DNA of 8,571 nucleotides from a virus (IMGVR_UViG_2571042263_000006); one strand, 5' to 3'. Numbered from the stretch's first letter, positions 1 to 6,322 are shown. The notes: generated by a model not told the origin, from the sequence alone. Program-made: numbers and translations.

Positions 1-38
1 TGTGCCCCCATCGCGCTGGTGAAGAAAACAAGCTCAGA

Positions 39-258
39 TTTTTTGTAAAGAATCTGTCACGCTAAAAGATGTCGAACAAAAAACAACCTTCTTCATCATC
101 TTTTTTACATCAAAATAATTAAAAACAATCACTTATGCACATGATGATGATGACGATAAAATCAAAAAAATGCGCTTCTTTCCGCGCCGACCCGCCCCGT
201 GTTCAGGCCCACCCCACCAGGAGGACCCGCAAAAAAGGCGGCTGGTGCCGCCTTGTTG
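39..258. repeat. Copy A of a ~220-bp diverged direct repeat (conserved non-coding block plus terminator hairpin); partner at 2579-2797
   Basis: By-eye alignment with 2579-2797 shares TTTTTTGTAAA, AACAAAAAACAACC, ACTTAT, an (RTG)4-5 triplet run, ATAAAATCAAAAAAATGCGC, CCGCCCCGTG, CCACCCCACCAGGAG and a 6-bp-stem hairpin. Identity over the core is roughly three quarters (my estimate, not computed). Confidence 0.75.
231..252 (-). terminator. Rho-independent terminator downstream of the protease/capsid gene
   Basis: Plus strand reads AAAAAA-GGCGGC-tggt-GCCGCC; on the minus strand this is a perfect 6-bp GC stem with 4-nt loop followed by TTTTTT, starting 7 nt after the stop codon at 259-261. Confidence 0.8.
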
Positions 259-2148
259 TCATAGTGAATCGGTACCGCCTGATTTGACCATACCGCGATA
301 ATCCAGAGCTGCCACACCTGCATCAATACGGACTTTCCAGGCCACGCCGTCAACGATAAAACCTTCCTGCTGTTCAAGGTAAGGTTCGTCATTGCCATCA
401 AGATAAGCCACCTCGATTGTGTCCGTTCCCTGTGCGGAAAGCATGTACCATTGTTTTTCGCTGATATCATCAAGGCGGGGATCGACGATGATATCAAGTA
501 GCTTGTGATACGGGTTAAAGATCCCGCTGTTTTTATCAGCCCCGAAAGGTGCGGTTGAGTTAATCATCTGCAACGCGCGATCTTCCAGTGCTGCCGGAAC
601 TAAAAGGAATTTAGGCGCAATATTCAGCACTTCGCCATTTTTGTCCTTCTGTGTGCGCATCAGGTGACGTGCTGCACTAAGTCCCGGTGTTGTCAGTCCT
701 GCTTCAATCAGGTTGCTGTGTTTTTTGTCAAACAGCGCTATTCCGTCAGAAAGTTTTACGTTGCCTGTAAGCACCAGATTAACCAGATTTCCCACCGTTC
801 TTGATGCTGCACGGCCCATAGCCATTGGCACCGTTGATAACTGATCAAGGTCATCATTGATTATCGCCTGGCGGGTAATGCTGAAAATATTCCCGTAAGT
901 AGCCAGCGCGATGGGTTCACCGCGATCGCTGGTGGTGATGTATTTATATTCTGCCCCTTCCGGCACTTTGTTTAACGTTGAGAAGCCATTCAGACCAACG
1001 CGGCGGGCTTCCCGGAAGTTTGAAAGGGAACCTTTTTTCGTCCACTGGCGGAATGTTTCGCCGCTGTGCTCCCAGCCTGCAAGCACTGATTTTTCAGCGC
1101 CACCAGCAAGGATATCGGTAAAATCGCTGCTGCTGTGGGTGAATGCCGCGTTTACTATCTGCGAGCGTGTGCCGTAGCTGCCCGTGCTTATACCACGATG
1201 GGTTAATGATGCCTGTGCCATATCGAAAAGGCTCATCATGGCGTAAGGATTACCGCGTTCGGCCCGTTCGTGACCAAGACGCGCATTAAGCCCCTGACGC
1301 ATGGCATCGCCGGTTATATTGCCGTTATCCGTGTACGCGTAGTAAAGATTTGCGGGGGTGGTTTTGTTTGTTGGCGTTGATTCTTTACCCATAGCGAGTA
1401 AAAGGCGTTCGCGTGCATTCTCAACGCTACATTCTGAATCCGCAAGACAACTTATAGCCAGGTCGTTATATCTTCCGTTGAAGGTGCCAAACAATTCACG
1501 GATGCCGTTAAGTCGTTCCTGTTCGCCACTGCCAGTTTTCTGGCTGATCATGCTTTTAATTTTTTCCGGCATATTTGAAAAATCTCCGATTCGTTTTGAT
1601 TCAATTCGGGCCATTGCTGTAATCGCGGGTATAACCTCATCTGCGAAACCGTTAGCCTTACACTCATTGCCATCCATCCAGGTTTCCGCCTCCATCATGG
1701 AGGTGATTTCCTGTTTGCTCCTGCCCGTTCTTCCGGCATAGGTTTCTGCCATCGTGTCGCCCAGCTTGTCCATCAGATCAGCAAAGCGGCGAACGTCGCC
1801 CGACACTCCGGCAGTAACACCACGGGGGGCATGTATCATCATCATCGCGTTTTCAGGCATAACGATGTGATCTCCACACATGGCAATAAACGACGCCATA
1901 GAAGCCGCCATGCCTTCAATGTGTACGATTTTTTTTGCCGGATGATTTTTCAGAGCGTTATAGATAGCCAGCCCTTCAAAGATGTCGCCACCAGGTGAAT
2001 GGATGCGAAGATGGATTTCAGACGCATTACCACACGCGTTGATCTCGTCAGTAAGTGCCGATGCCTTTACACCGTACCCGCCGATCTCGTCATAAATGCG
2101 CACATGTACAACATCTGCCATAGCCTTAATGGAAAACCATGTTTTCAT
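259..2148 (-). CDS. Fused prohead (ClpP/S14-like) serine protease and major capsid protein, 629 aa
   Basis: N-terminal ~190 aa carries ClpP-type motifs: GMAASMAS (candidate nucleophile Ser83, codon ~1900-1902) and MMIHAP (candidate His106). The C-terminal ~330 aa is consistent with a phage major capsid protein, with a linker or scaffold-like segment between. ATG at 2148 has AGGAG 7 nt upstream and overlaps the upstream stop (ATGA). Family assignment from motif recall only. Confidence 0.85.
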   Translation of the reverse strand: MKTWFSIKAMADVVHVRIYDEIGGYGVKASALTDEINACGNASEIHLRIHSPGGDIFEGLAIYNALKNHPAKKIVHIEGMAASMASFIAMCGDHIVMPENAMMMIHAPRGVTAGVSGDVRRFADLMDKLGDTMAETYAGRTGRSKQEITSMMEAETWMDGNECKANGFADEVIPAITAMARIESKRIGDFSNMPEKIKSMISQKTGSGEQERLNGIRELFGTFNGRYNDLAISCLADSECSVENARERLLLAMGKESTPTNKTTPANLYYAYTDNGNITGDAMRQGLNARLGHERAERGNPYAMMSLFDMAQASLTHRGISTGSYGTRSQIVNAAFTHSSSDFTDILAGGAEKSVLAGWEHSGETFRQWTKKGSLSNFREARRVGLNGFSTLNKVPEGAEYKYITTSDRGEPIALATYGNIFSITRQAIINDDLDQLSTVPMAMGRAASRTVGNLVNLVLTGNVKLSDGIALFDKKHSNLIEAGLTTPGLSAARHLMRTQKDKNGEVLNIAPKFLLVPAALEDRALQMINSTAPFGADKNSGIFNPYHKLLDIIVDPRLDDISEKQWYMLSAQGTDTIEVAYLDGNDEPYLEQQEGFIVDGVAWKVRIDAGVAALDYRGMVKSGGTDSL

Positions 2149-2339
2149 AGCCAGGCTCCTAACGTTGCCCTGTACCAGTATTCAACCGCGCTGCGTGTGA
2201 TTTGTCCTTTCGTGGGCACTGGCATACCCGGGTGATTATCTTTGATGAACTGCTGATAGCGTTCGATCTTCTCCATAGTTCCGGCGTCTATGTGTACCGT
2301 GGCACTTTTATCCGGCTTTCTGGTGTTGTTCTCTGGCAT
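2145..2339 (-). CDS. Small hypothetical protein (64 aa) translationally coupled to the capsid gene
   Basis: Start moved from the ORF-track start (2372) to ATG at 2339, which has GGAGG 7 nt upstream. Stop TGA overlaps the capsid ATG. Function unknown; possibly a small DNA-binding or head-assembly accessory protein. Confidence 0.55.
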   Translation of the reverse strand: MPENNTRKPDKSATVHIDAGTMEKIERYQQFIKDNHPGMPVPTKGQITRSAVEYWYRATLGAWL

Positions 2340-2578
2340 AAATCCGCCTCCGTTTTGATTAACGGGCATCATTATTGATCGATAAAAGTAATAGATAAAT
2401 CATTTTCTACCTGAAAATCAGATTATGTTTTTTCTGATTATTCTCAGAGAGGCAAAGCCATTGACGCATTTTTGCTATTGAAGCAATATTAAGACTCGTC
2501 ATCCTGGCGATAAAAACTCCTTTGTCGTGTAAAAGCGCCTCCGGTAACAGCAATCGGGGGCGTTTTTTTTTGCGCCTG

Positions 2579-2797
2579 TTTTTTTGTAAATGTTTTCGGG
2601 AACGTTCCAGTGATGAACAAAAAACAACCTGATTCGACACTAAAAATTTTTATTCTTCAATATATCAATAACTTATAGTGGTGGTGATGGTGCCATAAAA
2701 ATCAAAAAATGCGCCTTTTTCCGCGCCCCTCCGCCCCGTGGACAGGCCACCCCCACCAGGAGTACCTACAAAAAAGCCGGATTGCTCCGGCTTCTGT
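2579..2797. repeat. Copy B of the ~220-bp diverged direct repeat (partner at 39-258)
   Basis: Same ordered conserved blocks as copy A. Its hairpin stem differs in sequence (GCCGGA/TCCGGC versus GGCGGC/GCCGCC) but is still a perfect 6-bp stem, i.e. compensatory changes. Confidence 0.75.
2770..2791 (-). terminator. Rho-independent terminator downstream of the replication module
   Basis: Plus strand AAAAAA-GCCGGA-ttgc-TCCGGC; on the minus strand a 6-bp stem with 4-nt loop followed by TTTTTT, about 75 nt after the stop of the 2867-3043 ORF. Confidence 0.75.
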
Positions 2798-2866
2798 CAC
2801 TCGTTGCTTAAAACGGTATGTTATCCCCGTACGGATCATCGTTACCCGCCTGTTGTTTTGCCCTGT

Positions 2867-3043
2867 TCAGTGCGTCAGTAGCCTGGCCCTGCTGGCCTTT
2901 TTTACCACCTGGTCGGGATGTTCCTTCGCGTATCCTTCCCCCGCGTGGCGGTCTATCGTTCTGATTGCCACCTTTAAGGCGTGCTCTGTCATGTCTAACG
3001 CTTTATATTTTGGCTCTGTTCTGTCTCTGTGTTTTTGAGTCAT
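2867..3043 (-). CDS. Small basic hypothetical protein (58 aa) immediately after the iteron array
   Basis: The ORF-track version (2867-3175) starts at a GTG inside the iterons with no RBS. ATG at 3043 is preceded by GAGGTGG, which is itself the reverse complement of the first iteron. Lys/Arg-rich. Function unknown. Confidence 0.4.
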   Translation of the reverse strand: MTQKHRDRTEPKYKALDMTEHALKVAIRTIDRHAGEGYAKEHPDQVVKKASRARLLTH

Positions 3044-3045
3044 TT

Positions 3046-3247
3046 GCCCACCTCTACCCACTTTTTTCGCCCACTTTTTACGTTTTCCCACTTCGTCCAA
3101 CGTGGGAAATTTGGGATTTATATCATCTTGTTTCATAAGTATTTTTTTAGTGCCCACTTTTTGGGATATATACACGTGGGAAAGTGGGTAATTTTGTTAA
3201 AATTACGTTAAATTGCCCACCTTTCCCACTTTTAATGCCCACTTTTT
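3046..3247. repeat. Iteron array, candidate origin of replication
   Basis: Eight direct copies of (G/T)CCCAC(C/T)TT with core CCCAC at 3047, 3057, 3070, 3087, 3153, 3216, 3225, 3238, plus three inverted copies (GTGGG at 3102, 3176, 3184). Two iteron clusters flank an AT-rich spacer (3110-3150) and sit immediately 3' of the replication gene, overlapping its stop codon. Confidence 0.65.
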
Positions 3248-4655
3248 ACAGTGGTCCTACATCATCACCGTCAATGTAGATCACGTCGTCTTTTTCCAGT
3301 TTGGCTAACCATCGTTTAAGGTGTTTTGTGTCATACCCCAGCTTTTTCATATCGTCACGTAACAGCGGGATCGTGCACTTGTCGCCGTGCTGTGTGCGTG
3401 AACGTATGCACCCCCATAGCGCGGTATGGTTTTCCGTCTTGTTCCCTGCCTCCTCGATGCGCTCCAGTTCAACGGGAGGGCGCGGCTTATCCACCACCAC
3501 CAGCGACGTGATTAACTCCCCGTCAGCGTCGGTAAAAAGCTCCACCACCCGCAAATCATAGGCAGCCTCTTTGAGTTCCTCCGCGTCCTTCATTTTGGTG
3601 CATGAGATAACCAGCGCTTCGCTTCCTGCGTCCTCCCTGCGTATCCGGTATTCAGCATCCAGCGAAGCACGAAATGCACTGGAACCGCGCGCGCCTTTCG
3701 TCTCATCCTTGCCGGAATGGTGAACCACCAGCACCGTGGCCCCTGTGCGTCGTTTCAGTTCGTCACAACCACGGATAAACGCCCCCATATCACGGGAATC
3801 ATTTTCATCATTCCCACCAAAGCAACGCGCCAGCGTATCCAGAATAATCATGCGTACAGGTTTACCCGTTTCCCGCTCCACCTGACGGGCAGCGATAACC
3901 ATTTCATCAATATCAAGCGGGGCAGCCGGAAAGATGGGACGGTTTACCAGATACAGATTTTTCACCTGCTCACCGTGCACAACCTCCCAGGCTTTTACAC
4001 GACGCGGAACGCCGATACCGCCTTCACCAACCACATAGAGAACAGCGCCATGCGCCACCCTGCGGCCTCCCCACTGGCGGCCCGTGGAAACGTGACACGC
4101 CCACGATCCGGCAAGGAATGATTTATAGGAACCGCTCGCCCCGTATATGCTGCAAAGCGACGATGCCGGAATAATCCCCTTTACCACGTAATCAAGCTGT
4201 GTGTCGTATCCGGTAGATCCAACGCTCATCGGTAGCGTGGTTTTTCGCTGGGGGATTTTTTTCATGACCAGGCTTTCCCCGCGTTCCCATGCCTCCCTAA
4301 GCCGTGGAAGCTGGTCGCTCCATTCCTCCAGCAATTCGAAATTTTCAGAAAGTAGCCGCGCCTCCTGGACTCCGGCGATCGCCAGTTTCGTGGCGATGGT
4401 TAACAGCTGCGGCTCTTCAATATTTCCGGCGCGTATCACCGTCGCCCTGTATCGCCCATCATCAACAATCTGGAGGTTATCCAGTTCGCTTAACTGATAA
4501 CGCCCCAGATAAACGGGAGGGACTGGATCTCCTGCTTTTTTTGCCTGTGCAATGATGTAATGCTCTGCGAATGAATGAGCATCAATACCCGCAAAAATAA
4601 TCGCATCGGTGTATTTATCTTTCGGTAATCGTTTTACGTTCGGTGCCAGTTTCAT
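3246..4655 (-). CDS. Replication initiator: RecA-fold P-loop ATPase / helicase (RepA/DnaB-like, AAA_25-type) with N-terminal domain of unknown function and probable C-terminal origin-binding domain, 469 aa
   Basis: Walker A GASGSYKS (res 172-179), Walker B RMIILD (res 268-273), VVHHSGKD (res 310-317). AGGAG 6 nt upstream of ATG at 4655. Start overlaps the upstream stop (ATGA). Iterons lie directly downstream. Confidence 0.85.
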   Translation of the reverse strand: MKLAPNVKRLPKDKYTDAIIFAGIDAHSFAEHYIIAQAKKAGDPVPPVYLGRYQLSELDNLQIVDDGRYRATVIRAGNIEEPQLLTIATKLAIAGVQEARLLSENFELLEEWSDQLPRLREAWERGESLVMKKIPQRKTTLPMSVGSTGYDTQLDYVVKGIIPASSLCSIYGASGSYKSFLAGSWACHVSTGRQWGGRRVAHGAVLYVVGEGGIGVPRRVKAWEVVHGEQVKNLYLVNRPIFPAAPLDIDEMVIAARQVERETGKPVRMIILDTLARCFGGNDENDSRDMGAFIRGCDELKRRTGATVLVVHHSGKDETKGARGSSAFRASLDAEYRIRREDAGSEALVISCTKMKDAEELKEAAYDLRVVELFTDADGELITSLVVVDKPRPPVELERIEEAGNKTENHTALWGCIRSRTQHGDKCTIPLLRDDMKKLGYDTKHLKRWLAKLEKDDVIYIDGDDVGPL

Positions 4656-4951
4656 TTTTTACTCCTGAATCCGTTAATCATGGTTTTCAGCTTCTGGATG
4701 TTTGCCCGTGCCCTGGCGTTGCTGGTGGGCACGTTATGCGGCGCGGTCTGTACCAGAGAAAAATCACGCCGGAACTGATAAACAGGCATCACGCAATCAT
4801 ATTCGTAACCTTCACGGCGGTAGGTTACGCGCCGTTCTTCCACGCCCTTAATCATTACCGTGCCGCCGTACTGGTCGCGGTAAATATCACCGCGCGTAAA
4901 TTTAGGGTGAGTGTTGCCACTGGCAGTTAAGCCAGAATATTTAAGTTTCAT
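4652..4951 (-). CDS. Hypothetical protein, 99 aa (possibly DUF4222-like, with YRD and GYE motifs)
   Basis: GGAGA 9 nt upstream of ATG at 4951; stop overlaps the rep start. Contains IYRDQYG and REGYEYD; the DUF4222 link is from memory and unverified. Confidence 0.65.
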   Translation of the reverse strand: MKLKYSGLTASGNTHPKFTRGDIYRDQYGGTVMIKGVEERRVTYRREGYEYDCVMPVYQFRRDFSLVQTAPHNVPTSNARARANIQKLKTMINGFRSKK

Positions 4952-4956
4952 TATTT

Positions 4957-5190
4957 TTATTCTCCGGTGTGCTGTTCGTTATATCTGTCGTGCAATGTCT
5001 CTATTTCCTGCAACTCATTTATTACAGGCTCAAGAAGCGTTATTAATGATGTAATAATCCGCGCCTTCTTTACATCACACTCATTATCGCCAAATGTTTC
5101 CAGCCACATTTGCAATATTTCGTACATACCTTCAGCGTAAGCAAGGGCACTAAATGCGCGGTCTATTGTTTCTTGGTAAATATCACGCAT
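4957..5190 (-). CDS. Small acidic hypothetical protein, 77 aa
   Basis: ATG at 5190 with GGGGA 5 nt upstream; starts 1 nt after the stop of the upstream ORF. Predicted helical and acidic. Confidence 0.6.
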   Translation of the reverse strand: MRDIYQETIDRAFSALAYAEGMYEILQMWLETFGDNECDVKKARIITSLITLLEPVINELQEIETLHDRYNEQHTGE

Positions 5191-5191
5191 A

Positions 5192-5413
5192 TTAATCCCC
5201 GTCCGTCGTTTTTCTTAAAATAACTTCTGTCACGAAATCAGCATAATCGGCAGCAATACTCAGTACGTCTATTCCAGTTGATTTATATTCTTTCGTGCCA
5301 ATTAAGAAAAAAGATGCTCTAATCAGTTCGGATATTGCAGAAAGCGCATCACTCGCATCATCAGATACGCCGGAAAATTCTTGTTTCAGGGAATTAAAAC
5401 GATCATCACGCAT
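5192..5413 (-). CDS. Small acidic hypothetical protein, 73 aa, starting 2 nt after a G9 tract
   Basis: ATG at 5413; the only upstream purine-rich element is the G9 homopolymer. Its frame differs from the upstream ORF and the two overlap by 28 nt. Confidence 0.5.
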   Translation of the reverse strand: MRDDRFNSLKQEFSGVSDDASDALSAISELIRASFFLIGTKEYKSTGIDVLSIAADYADFVTEVILRKTTDGD

Positions 5414-5628
5414 AACCCCCCCCCATTTTCACAATCAGCAATAAGAATATTTTTAGCGTCATTCAGCGACCGTGTGGCGGTGTATCGGATACATTCCAGG
5501 GCGAACTGTGTCCGGTCTTTCTGTTCTTCTCCCTGCGCAAGCTCTGCCGTGCATTCAATATCAATAAGCGCGTGCATCAGCGTAGTGAGCGCGGCGGCGG
5601 CTGCGTCCGGTGTGGTTTTATTGTGCAT
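5386..5628 (-). CDS. Small hypothetical protein, 80 aa, possibly the 5' part of a frameshift-split gene
   Basis: ATG at 5628 with GGGGGA 5 nt upstream (the ORF-track start at 5670 is not an ATG). Reads through the G9 tract and stops 28 nt into the next ORF. Confidence 0.5.
   Translation of the reverse strand: MHNKTTPDAAAAALTTLMHALIDIECTAELAQGEEQKDRTQFALECIRYTATRSLNDAKNILIADCENGGGLCVMIVLIP
5416..5424 (-). repeat. Homopolymeric tract, nine G on the coding (minus) strand, C9 on plus
   Basis: Plus strand 5416-5424 is CCCCCCCCC. It encodes Gly-Gly-Gly near the C-terminus of ORF 5386-5628 and lies 2 nt upstream of the ATG of ORF 5192-5413. Confidence 0.9.
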
Positions 5629-5818
5629 AGGTTTCCCCCTGGCGAATACGGGCGGCAAATACAGCAACACAACCGGACGGGCAACGGCTACGCGCTTCGC
5701 GTTCCGTCCAGGCGGTTACGTGGATGATTTGACGGTCTGACGCGCCGACGGCAATAAAGCGCCACACAAAGGCCGTTTGTGTGTGTGCTAGTCGTGGAGT
5801 ATGATTTACGGCAACCAT
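5618..5818 (-). CDS. Small hypothetical protein, 66 aa, possible first gene of the early operon
   Basis: ATG at 5818 preceded by GAGGAG 5 nt upstream. GC-rich, Ala/Arg-rich; no recognisable motif. Could instead be a structured 5' leader. Confidence 0.35.
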   Translation of the reverse strand: MVAVNHTPRLAHTQTAFVWRFIAVGASDRQIIHVTAWTEREARSRCPSGCVAVFAARIRQGETYAQ

Positions 5819-6016
5819 AACGGCTCCTCGTTTACGTTGTTGGTTAGAAGCCCCGTTACTGCTCCAACAGTGCGGGGCTTCGTCGTTTCAATTGCTGAAT
5901 TGCATGTATCAGCTCTTGTGGTATTCAGATTACATTTAAGTGAATACCATTTCAAGCTTTTTTGGGTATTCACTTTTGTGTTACACTGCATCCCGCTATT
6001 AATCGGAGGTGCAAAC
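5819..6016. promoter_or_regulatory. Divergent control region between the early operon (minus) and the Arc-like regulator gene (plus), with candidate operators
   Basis: 9-bp inverted repeat GAAGCCCCG (5847-5855) / CGGGGCTTC (5872-5880). GGTATTCA at 5920-5927 and 5965-5972 with the inverted copy TGAATACC at 5941-5948. No confident -35/-10 assignment could be made. Confidence 0.5.
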
Positions 6017-6322
6017 ATGTCCACGAGTTCTGTTAACAATAAGTCACAGCAACTGAATGCCAGATTTCCACATGAAGTAGTGAGTGGCATTGAGGCATCC
6101 CTACAGCCAGGGGAAACTAAAGCGAATTTTATAGTTACAGCAGTACGCGGTGAGATCGCCCGCCGCCAAGCAGAAGGAAGAGGAGAAAACCCCCTGGTTT
6201 CTTCGCTCGATGCACTGGCGCAGGTGGAAAAAATCGGAGTCAAAGCAGCCGAGGAGATCGGGCAACTCGTCACCATCGCGCGTGAAGAACTCCAGCGTCG
6301 CAAGACCCAAGAATCAGAATAA
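6017..6322 (+). CDS. Arc/Mnt-like ribbon-helix-helix transcriptional regulator, 101 aa
   Basis: ATG at 6017 with GGAGG 7 nt upstream (ORF-track start 5801 rejected). N-terminal LNARFPHEVVSGIEA matches the Arc-type beta-strand and first helix pattern (Arc: FNLRWPREVLDLV). Tandem stop TAATAA. Confidence 0.7.
   Translation: MSTSSVNNKSQQLNARFPHEVVSGIEASLQPGETKANFIVTAVRGEIARRQAEGRGENPLVSSLDALAQVEKIGVKAAEEIGQLVTIAREELQRRKTQESE

Noticed and set aside
135-162. (RTG)4-5 triplet run on plus, His-like CAY codons on minus, in both repeat copies, suggesting a his-leader-like attenuator peptide
   Set aside because: No in-frame start codon precedes the His-like codons in either copy, an in-frame TGA lies immediately upstream, and the reading frame is not conserved between copies. 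Treated as a simple triplet repeat with transition variation.
171-200. Possible cos-like motif (GGCGCGGAAAGAAGCGC) resembling recalled P2/P4 cohesive-end sequence
   Set aside because: Similarity is partial and based on memory of the P2 cos sequence; two copies in one element would be atypical for a cos site. Left unresolved.
162-497. 111-aa minus-strand ORF overlapping the 3' end of the capsid gene
   Set aside because: Alternative frame of the strongly supported capsid ORF; runs through the terminator.
911-2235. Plus-strand ORFs 911-1177, 1358-1741 and 1999-2235 inside the capsid gene
   Set aside because: Antisense frames of the protease/capsid ORF with no supporting signals.
2599-2608. Perfect 10-bp palindrome GGAACGTTCC in repeat copy B
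   Set aside because: Not conserved in copy A, and about eight 10-bp palindromes are expected by chance in a window this size.
2407-2640. 77-aa minus-strand ORF in the intergenic region upstream of the capsid module
   Set aside because: GTG start without any Shine-Dalgarno; the basic low-complexity stretch (KNRRKKKRPR) derives from A/T tracts of the repeat element.
2579-2797. P2 Ogr/Delta-type late promoter dyad (TGT-N12-ACA) within the repeat elements
   Set aside because: A scan by eye of the minus strand of copy B found no TGT-N12-ACA match, so the late-promoter idea stays a hypothesis without this specific motif.
2709-3038. 109-aa plus-strand ORF starting inside repeat copy B (with an equivalent ATG at 170 in copy A)
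   Set aside because: Between the two copies every differing codon in this frame is non-synonymous (13 of 13), there is no RBS, and the ORF runs through the terminator hairpin and antisense to the 58-aa gene. The conservation is at the nucleotide or structure level.
2867-3175. Longer 102-aa version of the post-ori small ORF
   Set aside because: The start is a GTG embedded in the iterons with no RBS, as is the internal ATG at 3136. ATG at 3043 with GAGGTGG is preferred.
3301-4555. Several plus-strand ORFs (61-134 aa) inside the replication gene
   Set aside because: Antisense to a long ORF with clear Walker A and B motifs; Pro/Ser/Arg-rich compositions and no RBS.
5801-6016. N-terminal extension of the Arc-like gene (ORF-track start at 5801)
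   Set aside because: The extension covers the divergent control region with palindromes; the Arc-type motif begins right after the internal ATG at 6017, which has GGAGG at optimal spacing.
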